Shown: piece after piece, positions 49,716 to 64,000 of the stretch
How positions within the stretch are numbered: position 1 is the first letter of the stretch
Layout of the letters: each line of letters opens with the position of its first letter
Source of the DNA: Macrostomum lignano
Taxonomy: Eukaryota
Length of the DNA stretch: 64,000 bases
Direction: 5' to 3'
Assembly (NCBI GenBank): GCA_002269645.1
Contig: NIVC01001060.1
Span: forward strand, 1 to 64,000
Made by a program: the position numbers and the translations under genes
Notes under the pieces: generated by a model
Told to the model about the DNA's origin: nothing
What the model saw: only the letters and a program-made list of their open reading frames with translations
Database searches by the model: none

Positions 49716-50398
49716 CTAGATAGTGGAATGATAATAAGCCGAATGCAATACCGCAGACACTTTGCCAAACAAAAATCCCAAAAGCCGACCCACCTGGCTA
49801 AAATCCTCTCGCGCACTCCCAAAGCTGGCCGCCAACCAAGCAAGGCAGGATCCGGGCCTTCCAGTGCAAGGTGAAACACGAACGCCCCGGATCTTAGTAG
49901 CTAAGATGAATTTTTTCTATGAGGGCTGGTCGCATAAAAGTAAAATATCCACCCCGTAGGCTTTACAGAAAGCTCTTGCGCCCAATAGAATCCTCGTCCC
50001 CAATTCTGCAGTGAATAGTTCGCCAAAATCCCCTAGGCACCACCTTACGGCCCATCATCTGGCAGCCAAACATGGCCTCTCCAAGTTTCTAGGGAATAGC
50101 CAGACCCTCACTCCGGATCGTTAGGCGTAAATAGCGTTTAAAACGGTGTTTTTTTTCCCTCCTGCCCTGTCTACCAAAGACTCCCCGCTGCTAACTGGCG
50201 GCTGGCCAGTAGAAGGTAAGAAATGGTCCAAGCTAGCTGCTTTAAACAGAATTTGATTGGCCGACAAGTACACGGTCGAATGTGTTTCACCTCACCTAAC
50301 CACCTAATCCATTTATGACTGCCAGGGTATCTGCAAGGCCAGCCTAACTAGGAGCTTTCCTTCTTCGAGTTTGTCTTTTTGGAGAATAAGCCGAAGCA

Positions 50399-50636
50399 AT
50401 GATGCGGAAGCAATCTCCGCAATTTCTGTTCCTACTGCAGTTGCTGCTGCCCATATCTGCTTCCGGGTGGAGCAGCTCGTCTGGAGCCAGCCTAGCCATT
50501 GTATTTGACACCACAGGTTCCATGAAAGACGATCTTGTTGGAGTGAAACGCGGTGTGACCAGGATTTTGCAGGAGCCGGACTCGAGAAGAGGAACTGCGG
50601 TTTCTAATTACATCTTGGTACGGGTTAATGAGCCAG
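50399..50636 (+). CDS. HMCN1: Hemicentin-like protein, exon 1 (signal peptide plus start of the VWA domain)
   Basis: SLAIVFDTTGSMKDDLVGVKRGVTRIL..NYILVRVNEP matches hemicentin TLAFVFDVTGSMYDDLVQV..NFALVPFHDP; GTAAGG donor at 50637; rest of the gene is outside the window. Confidence 0.8.
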
Positions 50637-50649
50637 GTAAGGAGTCTAC

Positions 50650-53600
50650 TCACTGTCACTCACTGTAACTCACTGTAACTCACTGTAACTCACTGTAACT
50701 CACTGTAACTCACTGTAACTCACTGTAACTCATTGTAACTCATCATTGTAACTCACTGTAGCTCACTGTAACTCACTGTAACTCACTGTCACTCACTGTA
50801 ACTCACTGTCACTCACTGTAACTCACTGTAACTCACTGTAACTCACTGTAACTCACTGTAACTCACTGTAACTCACTGTAACTCATCACTGTAACTCACT
50901 GTAACTCACTGTAGCTCACTGTAACTCACTGTAGCTCATCACTGTAACTCACTGTAGCTCACTGTAACTCACTGTAACTCACTGTAACTCACTGTAACTC
51001 ACTGTAACTCACTGTAACTCACTGTAACTCACTGTAACTCACTGTAACTCACTGTAACTCACTGTAACTCACTGTAACTCACTGTAACTCACTGTAACTC
51101 ACTGTAACTCACTGTAACTCACTGTAGCTCACCGTAACTCACAGTAACTCACTGTAACTCACTGTAACTCACTGTAACTCACTGTAACTCACTGTAACTC
51201 ACTGTAGCTCACTGTAACTCACTGTAACTCACTGTAACTCACTGTAGCTCACTGTAGCTCACTGTAACTCACTGTAGCTCACTGTAACTCACTGAAACTC
51301 ACTGTAACTCATCATTGTAACTCACTGTAACTCACTGTAACTCACTGTAGCTCACTGTAGCTCACTGTAACTCGCTGAAACTCACTGTAGCTCACCGTAA
51401 CTCACTGTAACTCATCATTGTAACTCACTGTAACTCACTGTAACTCACTGTAGCTCACTGTAACTCACTGTAACTCATCATTGTAACTCACTGTAACTCA
51501 CTGTAACTCACTGTAGCTCACCGTAACTCACTGTAACTCACTGTAGCTCACTGTAACTCACTGTAGCTCACCGTAACTCACTGTAGCTCACCGTAACTCA
51601 CTGTAACTCACTGTAACTCACTGTAGCTCACTGTAACTCACTGTAACTCATTTTAACTCACTGTAGCTCACTGTAACTCACTGTAGCTCACCGTAACTCA
51701 CTGTAGCTCACTGTAGCTCACTGTCACTCACTGTAACTCACTGTAACTCACTGTAACTCACTGTAACTCACTGTAGCTCACCGTAACTCACTGTAACTCA
51801 CTGTAACTCACTGTAGCTCACTGTAAATCACTGTAACTCACTGTAACTCACTGTAGCTCACTGTAGCTCACTGTAACTCACTGTAACTCACTGTAACTCA
51901 CTGTAACTCACTGTAGCTCACCGTAACTCACTGTAGCTCACTGTAACTCACTGTAACTCACTGTAGCTCACCGTAACTCACTGTAACTCACTGTAACTCA
52001 CTGTAACTCACTGTAGCTCACTGTAACTCACTGTAACTCACTGTAACTCATTTTAACTCACTGTAGCTCACTGTAACTCACTGTAGCTCACTGTAACTCA
52101 CTGTAGCTCACTGTAACTCTCTGTAGCTCACCGTAACTCACTGTAACTCATCACTGTAACTCACTGTAACTCACTGTAGCTCACTGTAACTCACTGTGGC
52201 TCATCACTGTAACTCACTGTAGCTCACTGTAACTCACTGTAACTCACTGTAACTCACTGTAACTCACTGTAACTCACTGTAACTCACTGTAACTCACTGT
52301 AACTCACTGTAACTCACTGTAACTCACTGTAACTCACTGTAACTCACTGTAACTCACTGTAACTCACTGTAACTCACTGTAACTCACTGTAGCTCACCGT
52401 AACTCACTGTAACTCACTGTAACTCACTGTAACTCACTGTAACTCACTGTAACTCACTGTAACTCACTGTAGCTCACTGTAACTCACTGTAACTCACTGT
52501 AACTCACTGTAGCTCACTGTAGCTCACTGTAACTCACTGTAGCTCACTGTAACTCACTGAAACTCACTGTAACTCATCATTGTAACTCACTGTAACTCAC
52601 TGTAACTCACTGTAGCTCACTGTAGCTCACTGTAACTCGCTGAAACTCACTGTAGCTCACCGTAACTCACTGTAACTCATCATTGTAACTCACTGTAACT
52701 CACTGTAACTCACTGTAGCTCACTGTAACTCACTGTAACTCACTGTAACTCACTGTAACTCACTGTAACTCACTGTAGCTCACCGTAACTCACAGTAACT
52801 CACTGTAACTCACTGTAACTCACTGTAACTCACTGTAACTCACTGTAACTCACTGTAGCTCACTGTAACTCACTGTAACTCACTGTAACTCACTGTAGCT
52901 CACTGTAGCTCACTGTAACTCACTGTAGCTCACTGTAACTCACTGAAACTCACTGTAACTCATCATTGTAACTCACTGTAACTCACTGTAACTCACTGTA
53001 GCTCACTGTAGCTCACTGTAACTCGCTGAAACTCACTGTAGCTCACCGTAACTCACTGTAACTCATCATTGTAACTCACTGTAACTCACTGTAACTCACT
53101 GTAGCTCACTGTAACTCACTGTAACTCATCATTGTAACTCACTGTAACTCACTGTAACTCACTGTAGCTCACCGTAACTCACTGTAACTCACTGTAGCTC
53201 ACTGTAACTCACTGTAGCTCACCGTAACTCACTGTAGCTCACCGTAACTCACTGTAACTCACTGTAACTCACTGTAGCTCACTGTAACTCACTGTAACTC
53301 ATTTTAACTCACTGTAGCTCACTGTAACTCACTGTAGCTCACCGTAACTCACTGTAGCTCACTGTAGCTCACTGTCACTCACTGTAACTCACTGTAACTC
53401 ACTGTAACTCACTGTAACTCACTGTAGCTCACCGTAACTCACTGTAACTCACTGTAACTCACTGTAGCTCACTGTAAATCACTGTAACTCACTGTAACTC
53501 ACTGTAGCTCACTGTAGCTCACTGTAACTCACTGTAACTCACTGTAACTCACTGTAACTCACTGTAGCTCACCGTAACTCACTGTAGCTCACTGTAACTC

Positions 53601-56600
53601 ACTGTAACTCACTGTAGCTCACCGTAACTCACTGTAACTCACTGTAACTCACTGTAACTCACTGTAGCTCACTGTAACTCACTGTAACTCACTGTAACTC
53701 ATTTTAACTCACTGTAGCTCACTGTAACTCACTGTAGCTCACTGTAACTCACTGTAGCTCACTGTAACTCTCTGTAGCTCACCGTAACTCACTGTAACTC
53801 ATCACTGTAACTCACTGTAACTCACTGTAGCTCACTGTAACTCACTGTGGCTCATCACTGTAACTCACTGTAGCTCACTGTAACTCACTGTAACTCACTG
53901 TAACTCACTGTAACTCACTGTAACTCACTGTAACTCACTGTAACTCACTGTAACTCACTGTAACTCACTGTAACTCACTGTAACTCACTGTAACTCACTG
54001 TAACTCACTGTAACTCACTGTAACTCACTGTAACTCACTGTAGCTCACCGTAACTCACTGTAACTCACTGTAACTCACTGTAACTCACTGTAACTCACTG
54101 TAACTCACTGTAACTCACTGTAGCTCACTGTAACTCACTGTAACTCACTGTAACTCACTGTAGCTCACTGTAGCTCACTGTAACTCACTGTAGCTCACTG
54201 TAACTCACTGAAACTCACTGTAACTCACTGTAACTCACTGTAACTCACTGTAACTCACTGTAGCTCACTGTAGCTCACTGTAACTCGCTGAAACTCACTG
54301 TAGCTCACCGTAACTCACTGTAACTCATCATTGTAACTCACTGTAACTCACTGTAACTCACTGTAGCTCACTGTAACTCACTGTAACTCATCATTGTAAC
54401 TCACTGTAACTCACTGTAACTCACTGTAGCTCACCGTAACTCACTGTAACTCACTGTAGCTCACTGTAACTCACTGTAGCTCACCGTAACTCACTGTAGC
54501 TCACCGTAACTCACTGTAACTCACTGTAACTCACTGTAGCTCACTGTAACTCACTGTAACTCATTTTAACTCACTGTAGCTCACTGTAACTCACTGTAGC
54601 TCACCGTAACTCACTGTAGCTCACTGTAGCTCACTGTACTCACTGTAACTCACTGTAACTCACTGTAACTCACTGTAACTCACTGTAGCTCACCGTAACT
54701 CACTGTAACTCACTGTAACTCACTGTAGCTCACTGTAACTCACTGTAACTCACTGTAACTCACTGTAGCTCACTGTAGCTCACTGTAACTCACTGTAACT
54801 CACTGTAACTCACTGTAACTCACTGTAGCTCACCGTAACTCACTGTAGCTCACTGTAACTCACTGTAACTCACTGTAGCTCACCGTAACTCACTGTAACT
54901 CACTGTAACTCACTGTAACTCACTGTAGCTCACTGTAACTCACTGTAACTCACTGTAACTCATTTCACTGTAACTCACTGTAGCTCACTGTAACTCACTG
55001 TAGCTCACTGTAACTCACTGTAACTCACTGTAACTCACTGTAACTCACTGTAACTCACTGTAGCTCACTGTAACTCACTGTAACTCACTGTAACTCACTG
55101 TAACTCACTGTAACTCACTGTAGCTCACTGTAACTCACTGTAACTCACTGTAACTCACTGTAACTCACTGTAACTCACTGTAACTCACTGTAACTCACTG
55201 TAACTCACTGTAACTCACTGTAACTCACTGTAACTCACTGTAGCTCACTGTAACTCACTGTAACTCACTGTAACTCACTGTAACTCACTGTAACTCACTG
55301 TAACTCACTGTAGCTCACTGTAACTCACTGTAGCTCACCGTAACTCACTGTAACTCACTGTAACTCACTGTAACTCACTGTAGCTCACTGTAACTCACTG
55401 TAGCTCACTGTAACTCACTGTAACTCACTGTAACTCACTGTAACTCACTGTAACTCACTGTAACTCACTGTAACTCACTGTAACTCACTGTAACTCACTG
55501 TAACTCACTGTAACTCACTGTAACTCACTGTAACTCACTGTAACTCACTGTAACTCACTGTAACTCACTGTAACTCACTGTAACTCACTGTAACTCACTG
55601 TAACTCACTGTAACTCACTGTAACTCACTGTAACTCACTGTAACTCACTGTAACTCACTGTAACTCACTGTAACTCACTGTAACTCATCTGTAACTCACT
55701 GTAACTCACTGTAACTCACTGTAACTCACTGTAACTCACTGTAACTCACTGTAACTCACTGTAACTCACTGTAACTCACTGTAACTCACTGTAACTCACT
55801 GTAACTCACTGTAACTCACTGTAACTCACTGTAACTCACTGTAACTCACTGTAACTCACTGTAACTCACTGTAACTCACTGTAACTCACTGTAACTCACT
55901 GTAACTCACTGTAACTCACTGTAACTCACTGTAACTCACTGTAACTCACTGTAACTCACTGTAACTCACTGTAACTCACTGTAACTCACTGTAACTCACT
56001 GTAACTCACTGTAACTCACTGTAACTCACTGTAACTCACTGTAACTCACTGTAACTCACTGTAGCTCACTGTAACTCACTGTAACTCACTGTAACTCACT
56101 GTAGCTCACTGTAGCTCACTGTAACTCACTGTAGCTCACTGTAACTCACTGTAACTCACTGTAACTCACTGTAACTCACTGTAACTCACTGTAACTCACT
56201 GTAACTCACTGTAACTCACTGTAACTCACTGTAACTCACTGTAGCTCACCGTAACTCACTGTAACTCACTGTAACTCACTGCTCACCGTAACTCACTGTA
56301 GCTCACTGTAACTCACTGTAACTCACTGTAGCTCACCGTAACTCACTGTAACTCACTGTAACTCACTGTAACTCACTGTAGCTCACTGTAACTCACTGTA
56401 ACTCACTGTAACTCACTGTAACTCACTGTAGCTCACTGTAACTCACTGTAACTCACTGTAACTCACTGTAGCTCACTGTAACTCACTGTAACTCACTGTA
56501 ACTCACTGTAACTCACTGTAGCTCACCGTAACTCACTGTAACTCACTGTAACTCACTGTAACTCACTGTAGCTCACTGTAACTCACTGTAACTCACTGTA

Positions 56601-59600
56601 ACTCACTGTAACTCACTGTAGCTCACTGTAACTCACTGTAACTCACTGTAACTCACTGTAACTCACTGTAGCTCACTGTAACTCACTGTAACTCACTGTA
56701 ACTCACTGTAACTCACTGTAACTCACTGTAACTCACTGTAACTCACTGTAACTCACTGTAACTCACTGTAACTCACTGTAACTCACTGTAACTCACTGTA
56801 ACTCACTGTAACTCACTGTAACTCACTGTAACTCACTGTAACTCACTGTAACTCACTGTAACTCACTGTAACTCACTGTAACTCACTGTAACTCACTGTA
56901 ACTCACTGTAACTCACTGTAACTCACTGTAACTCACTGTAACTCACTGTAACTCACTGTAACTCACTGTAACTCACTGTAACTCACTGTAACTCACTGTA
57001 ACTCACTGTAACTCACTGTAACTCACTGTAACTCACTGTAACTCACTGTAACTCACTGTAACTCACTGTAACTCACTGTAGCTCACTGTAACTCACTGTA
57101 ACTCACTGTAACTCACTGTAACTCACTGTAGCTCACTGTAACTCACTGTAACTCACTGTAACTCACTGTAGCTCACTGTAGCTCACTGTAACTCACTGTA
57201 ACTCACTGTAACTCACTGTACTCACTGTAGCTCACTGTAACTCACTGTAACTCACTGTAGCTCACCGTAACTCACTGTAGCTCACTGTAACTCACTGTAA
57301 CTCACTGTAACTCACCGTAACTCACTGTAACTCACTGTAGCTCACCGTAACTCACTGTAACTCACTGTAACTCACTGTAACTCACTGTAACTCACTGTAG
57401 CTCACCGTAACTCACTGTAACTCACTGTAACTCACTGTAACTCACTGTAACTCACTGTAGCTCACCGTAACTCACTGTAGCTCACTGTAACTCACTGTAA
57501 CTCACTGTAGCTCACCGTAACTCACTGTAGCTCACTGTAGCTCACTGTCACTCACTGTAACTCACTGTAACTCATTGTAACTCACTGTAACTCACTGTAA
57601 CTCACTGTAGCTCACTGTAGCTCACTGTAACTCACTGTAACTCACTGTAACTCACTGTAACTCACTGTAACTCACTGTAACTCACTGTAACTCACTGTAA
57701 CTCACTGTAGCTCACTGTAACTCACTGTAACTCATTTTAACTCACTGTAACTCACTGCAGCTCATCACTGTAACTCACTGTAGCTCACTGTAACTCACTG
57801 TAGCTCACTGTAACTCACTGTAACTCACTGTAACTCATTTTAACTCACTGTAACTCACTGTAGCTCATCACTGTAACTCACTGTAGCTCACTGTAACTCA
57901 CTGTAGCTCACTGTAACTCACTGTAACTCACTGTAACTCACTGTAACTCACTGTAACTCACTGTAACTCACTGTAACTCACTGTAACTCACTGTAACTCA
58001 CTGTAACTCACTGTAACTCACTGTAACTCACTGTAGCTCACTGTAACTCACTGTAACTCACTGTAACTCACTGTAACTCACTGTAACTCACTGTAACTCA
58101 CTGTAACTCACTGTAACTCACTGTAACTCACTGTAACTCACTGTAACTCACTGTAGCTCACTGTAACTCACTGTAACTCACTGTAACTCACTGTAACTCA
58201 CTGTAACTCATCATTGTAACTCACTGTAACTCACTGTAGCTCACTGTAACTCACTGTAGCTCACTGTAACTCACTGTAACTCACTGTAACTCACTGTAAC
58301 TCACTGTAACTCACTGTAACTCACTGTAACTCACTGTAGCTCATCACTGTAACTCACTGTAGCTCACTGTAACTCACTGTAACTCACTGTAACTCACTGT
58401 AACTCACTGTAACTCACTGTAACTCACTGTAGCTCACTGTAACTCACTGTAACTCACTGTAACTCACTGTAACTCACTGTAACTCACTGTAGCTCACTGT
58501 AACTCACTGTAACTCACTGTAACTCACTGTAACTCACTGTAACTCACTGTAACTCACTGTAACTCACTGTAACTCACTGTAACTCACATGTAACTCACTG
58601 TAACTCACTGTAGCTCACCGTAACTCACTGTAACTCACTGTAATTCACTGTAACTCACTGTAACTCACTGTAACTCATCTGTAACTCACTGTAACTCACT
58701 GTAACTCACTGTAACTCACTGTAGCTCACTGTAACTCACTGTAACTCACTGTAGCTCACCGTAACTCACTGTAACTCACTGTAACTCACTGTAACTCACT
58801 GTAACTCACTGTAACTCACTGTAGCTCACTGTAGCTCACCGTAACTCACTGTAACTCACTGTAACTCACTGTAACTCACTGTAACTCACTGTAACTCACT
58901 GTAACTCACTGTAACTCACTGTAACTCACTGTAACTCACTGTAACTCACTGTAACTCATCATTGTAACTCACTGTAACTCACTGTAACTCACTGTAACTC
59001 ACTGTAACTCACTGTAACTCACTGTAACTCACTGTAGCTCATCACTGTAACTCACTGTAGCTCACTGTAGCTCACTGTAACTCACTGTAACTCACTGTAA
59101 CTCACTGTAACTCACTGTAACTCACTGTAACTCACTGTAACTCACTGTAACTCACTGTAACTCACTGTAACTCATCATTGTAACTCACTGTAACTCACTG
59201 TAGCTCACTGTAACTCACTGTAACTCACTGTAACTCACTGTAACTCATCATTGTAACTCACTGTAACTCACTGTAACTCACTGTAGCTCACTGTAACTCA
59301 CTGTAGCTCACTGTAACTCACTGTAACTCACTGTAACTCATTTTAACTCACTGTAGCTCACTGTAACTCACTGTAGCTCACTGTAACTCACTGTAGCTCA
59401 CTGTAACTCACTGTAGCTCACCGTTACTCACTGTAGCTCACTGTAACTCACTGTAACTCACTGTAGCTCACCGTAACTCACTGTAGCTCACTGTAACTCA
59501 CTGTAACTCATCATTGTAACTCACTAACTCACTGTAACTCACTGTAGCTCACCGTAACTCACTGTAACTCACTGTAACTCACTGTAACTCATCATTGTAA

Positions 59601-62600
59601 CTCACTGTAACTCACTGTAACTCACTGTAGCTCACCGTAACTCACTGTAACTCACTGTAACTCACTGTAACTCATCATTGTAACTCACTGTAACTCACTG
59701 TAACTCACTGTAGCTCACCGTAACTCACTGTAACTCACTGTAGCTCACTGTAACTCACTGTAGCTCACTGTAACTCACTGTAGCTCACCGTAACTCACTG
59801 TAACTCACTGTAACTCACTGTAGCTCACCGTAACTCACTGTAGCTCACTGTAACTCACTGTAACTCACTGTAGCTCACCGTAACTCACTGTAACTCACTG
59901 TAACTCACTGTAGCTCACTGTAGCTCACTGTAACTCACTGTAACTCACTGTAACTCACTGTAACTCACTGTAGCTCACCGTAACTCACTGTAACTCACTG
60001 TAACTCACTGTAGCTCACTGTAAATCACTGTAACTCACTGTAACTCACTGTAACTCACTGTAACTCACTGTAACTCACTGTAACTCACTGTAACTCACTG
60101 TAGCTCACCGTAACTCACTGTAACTCACTGTAACTCACTGTAGCTCACTGTAAATCACTGTAACTCACTGTAACTCACTGTAGCTCACTGTAGCTCACTG
60201 TAACTCACTGTAACTCACTGTAACTCACTGTAACTCACTGTAGCTCACTGTAACTCACTGTAGCTCACTGTAACTCACTGTAACTCACTGTAGCTCACTG
60301 TAACTCACTGTAACTCACTGTAACTCACTGTAACTCACTGTAGCTCACTGTAACTCACTGTAACTCACTGTAACTCATTTTACTCACTGTAGCTCACTGT
60401 AACTCACTGTAGCTCACTGTAACTCACTGTAGCTCACTGTAACTCTCTGTAGCTCACCGTAACTCACTGTAGCTCACTGTAACTCACTGTAACTCACTGT
60501 AGCTCACTGTAACTCACTGTAACTCACTGTAGCTCACTGTAACTCACTGTAACTCACTGTAACTCATTAACTCACTGTAACTCACTGTAGCTCACTGTAA
60601 CTCACTGTAACTCACTGTAACTCACTGTAACTCACTGTAGCTCACTGTAACTCACTGTAACTCACTGTAACTCATTTAACTCACTGTAACTCACTGTAAC
60701 TCACTGTAGCTCACTGTAACTCACTGTAGCTCACCGTAACTCACTGTAACTCACTGTAACTCACTGTAACTCACTGTAGCTCACTGTAACTCACTGTAGC
60801 TCACTGTAACTCACTGTAGCTCACTGTAACTCACTGTAACTCACTGTAGCTCACTGTAACTCACTGTAACTCACTGTAACTCATTTTAACTCACTGTAAC
60901 TCACTGTAACTCACTGTAACTCATTAACTCACTGTAACTCACTGTAACTCACTGTAACTCACTGTAACTCACTGTAGCTCACTGTAACTCACTGTAACTC
61001 ACTGTAACTCACTGTAACTCATCGTTGTAACTCACTGTAACTCACTGTAACTCACTGTAACTCACTGTAACTCATCATTGTAACTCACTGTAACTCACTG
61101 TAACTCACTGTAACTCACTGTAACTCACTGTAACTCACTGTAACTCATCACTGTAACTCACTGTAACTCACTGTAGCTCACTGTAACTCACTGTAACTCA
61201 CTGTAACTTACTGTAACTCACTGTAACTCACTGTAACTCACTGTAACTCATCATTGTAACTCACTGTAACTCACTGTAACTCACTGTAACTCACTGTAAC
61301 TCACTGTAACTCACTGTAACTCACTGTAACTCACTGTAGCTCACTGTAACTCACTGTAACTCACTGTAACTCACTGTAACTCACTGTAACTCACTGTAGC
61401 TCACTGTAACTCACTGTAACTCACTGTAACTCACTGTAACTCATCATTGTAACTCACTGTAACTCACTGTAACTCACTGTAACTCACTGTAGCTCACTGT
61501 AACTCACTGTAACTCACTGTAACTCACTGTAGCTCACTGTAGCTCACTGTAACTCACTGTAGCTCACTGTAACTCACTGAACTCACTGTAACTCATCATT
61601 GTAACTCACTGTAACTCACTGTAACTCACTGTAGCTCACTGTAGCTCACTGTAACTCGCTGAAACTCACTGTAGCTCACCGTAACTCACTGTAACTCACT
61701 GTAACTCACTGTAACTCATCATTGTAACTCACTGTAACTCACTGTAACTCACTGTAGCTCACCGTAACTCACTGTAACTCACTGAAACTCACTGTAGCTC
61801 ACCGTAACTCACTGTAACTCACTGTAACTCACTGTAACTCATCATTGTAACTCACTGTAACTCACTGTAACTCACTGTAGCTCACCGTAACTCACTGTAA
61901 CTCACTGTAGCTCACTGTAACTCACTGTAGCTCACCGTAACTCACTGTAGCTCACCGTAACTCACTGTAACTCACTGTAACTCACTGTAGCTCACCGTAA
62001 CTCACTGTAGCTCACTGTAACTCACTGTAACTCACTGTAGCTCACCGTAACTCACTGTAGCTCACTGTAGCTCACTGTCACTCACTGTAACTCACTGTAA
62101 CTCATTGTAACTCACTGTAACTCACTGTAACTCACTGTAACTCACTGTAACTCACTGTAACTCATTGTAACTCATCATTGTAACTCACTGTAGCTCACTG
62201 TAACTCACTGTAACTCACTGTAACTCACTGTAACTCACTGTAACTCATTTAACTCACTGTAACTCACTGTAGCTCATCACTGTAACTCACTGTAGCTCAC
62301 TGTAACTCACTGTAGCTCACTGTAACTCACTGTAACTCACTGTAACTCACTGTAACTCACTGTAGCTCACTGTAACTCACTGTAACTCACTGTAACTCAC
62401 TGTAACTCACTGTAACTCATCATTGTAACTCACTGTAACTCACTGTAGCTCACCGTAACTCACTGTAACTCACTGTAACTCACTGTAACTCATCATTGTA
62501 ACTCACTGTAACTCACTGTAGCTCACTGTAACTCACTGTAACTCACTGTAACTCACTGTAACTCACTGTAACTCACTGTAACTCACTGTAACTCACTGTA

Positions 62601-64000
62601 ACTCACTGTAACTCACTGTAACTCACTGTAACTCATCATTGTAACTCACTGTAACTCACTGTAGCTCACTGTAACTCACTGTAGCTCACTGTAACTCACT
62701 GTAACTCATCATTGTAACTCACTGTAACTCACTGTAACTCACTGTAACTCACTGTAACTCACTGTAGCTCATCACTGTAACTCACTGTAGCTCACTGTAA
62801 CTCACTGTAACTCACTGTAACTCACTGTAACTCACTGTAACTCACTGTAACTCACTGTAGCTCACTGTAACTGTAACTCACTGTAACTCACTGTAACTCA
62901 TCATTGTAACTCACTGTAACTCACTGTAGCTCACCGTAACTCACTGTAACTCACTGTAACTCACTGTAGCTCACCGTAACTCACTGTAGCTCACTGTAAC
63001 TCACTGTAACTCACTGTAGCTCACCGTAACTCACTGTAACTCACTGTAACTCACTGTAACTCACTGTAGCTCACTGTAACTCACTGTAACTCACTGTAAC
63101 TCATTTTAACTCACTGTAGCTCACTGTAACTCACTGTAGCTCACTGTAACTCACTGTAGCTCACTGTAACTCACTGTAGCTCACCGTTACTCACTGTAGC
63201 TCACTGTAACTCACTGTAACTCACTGTAGCTCACTGTAACTCACTGTAACTCACTGTAGCTCACTGTAACTCACTGTAACTCACTGTAACTCATTTTAAC
63301 TTACTGTAACTCACTGTAGCTCACTGTAACTCACTGTAACTCACTGTAACTCACTGTAACTCACTGTAGCTCACTGTAACTCACTGTATCTCACTGTAAC
63401 TCATTTTAACTCACTGTAACTCACTGTAACTCACTGTAGCTCACTGTAACTCACTGTAGCTCACCGTAACTCACTGTAACTCACTGTAACTCACTGTAAC
63501 TCACTGTAGCTCACTGTAACTCACTGTAGCTCACCGTAACTCACTGTAGCTCACTGTAACTCACTGTAACTCACTGTAGCTCACTGTAACTCACTGTAAC
63601 TCACTGTAACTTACTGTAACTCACTGTAACTCACTGTAACTCACTGTAACTCATTTTAACTCACTGTAACTCACTGTAACTCACTGTAACTCACTGTAGC
63701 TCACCGTAGCTCACTGTAACTCACTGTAACTCATTTTAACTCACTGTAGCTCACCGTAACTCACTGTAGCTCACTGTAACTCACTGTAACTCACTGTAGC
63801 TCACTGTAACTCACTGTAACTCACTGTAACTCACTGTAGCTCACTGTAACTCACTGTAACTCACTGTAGCTCACCGTAACTCACTGTAACTCACTGTAAC
63901 TCACTGTAACTCACTGTAACTCATTTTAACTCACTGTAACTCACTGTAACTCACTGTAACTCATTTTAACTCACTGTAACTCACTGTAACTCACTGTAAC
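50650..64000. repeat. 10-bp intronic satellite (ACTCACTGTA)n, >13.3 kb, runs off the window end
   Basis: Continuous array with GCTC, CCGT and ATCATT variants. Confidence 0.99.

Overview
Eukaryotic, intron-containing, tandem-repeat-rich animal DNA. The gene style, the minisatellite-filled introns and the features expected of a spliced leader (SL) ending in AUG best fit a free-living flatworm such as Macrostomum; this is inference, not checked. Layout: (1) 1-9.3 kb is AT-rich and full of DNA-transposon relics, including a hAT-type MITE family carrying a 64-nt piece of 28S rRNA centred on the R2/I-PpoI target site, one copy nested in a deleted Merlin-like element. (2) 9.3-28 kb holds six conserved genes head-to-tail on + (EIPR1, EAF, SURF1, GTF2H2, VPS26C, ATF4-like bZIP) with 0.8-2.3 kb spacers, a candidate trans-spliced operon. 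SURF1, and possibly GTF2H2, appear to take their start AUG from the SL, and the ATF4-like gene has the classical two-uORF leader. (3) 28-35 kb has minisatellites, a secreted C-type lectin/PAN gene and tRNA-derived SINEs. (4) 35.4-44.9 kb is a 7-exon LRRC74-like gene on -. (5) From 50.4 kb: exon 1 of a hemicentin-like gene, then >13 kb of a 10-bp intronic satellite. All 14 introns identified contain their own tandem repeat, and most long ORFs in the supplied track are repeat artefacts. Exon boundaries were derived by hand from GT/AG sites, frame continuity and remembered homologue motifs; no searches were run.
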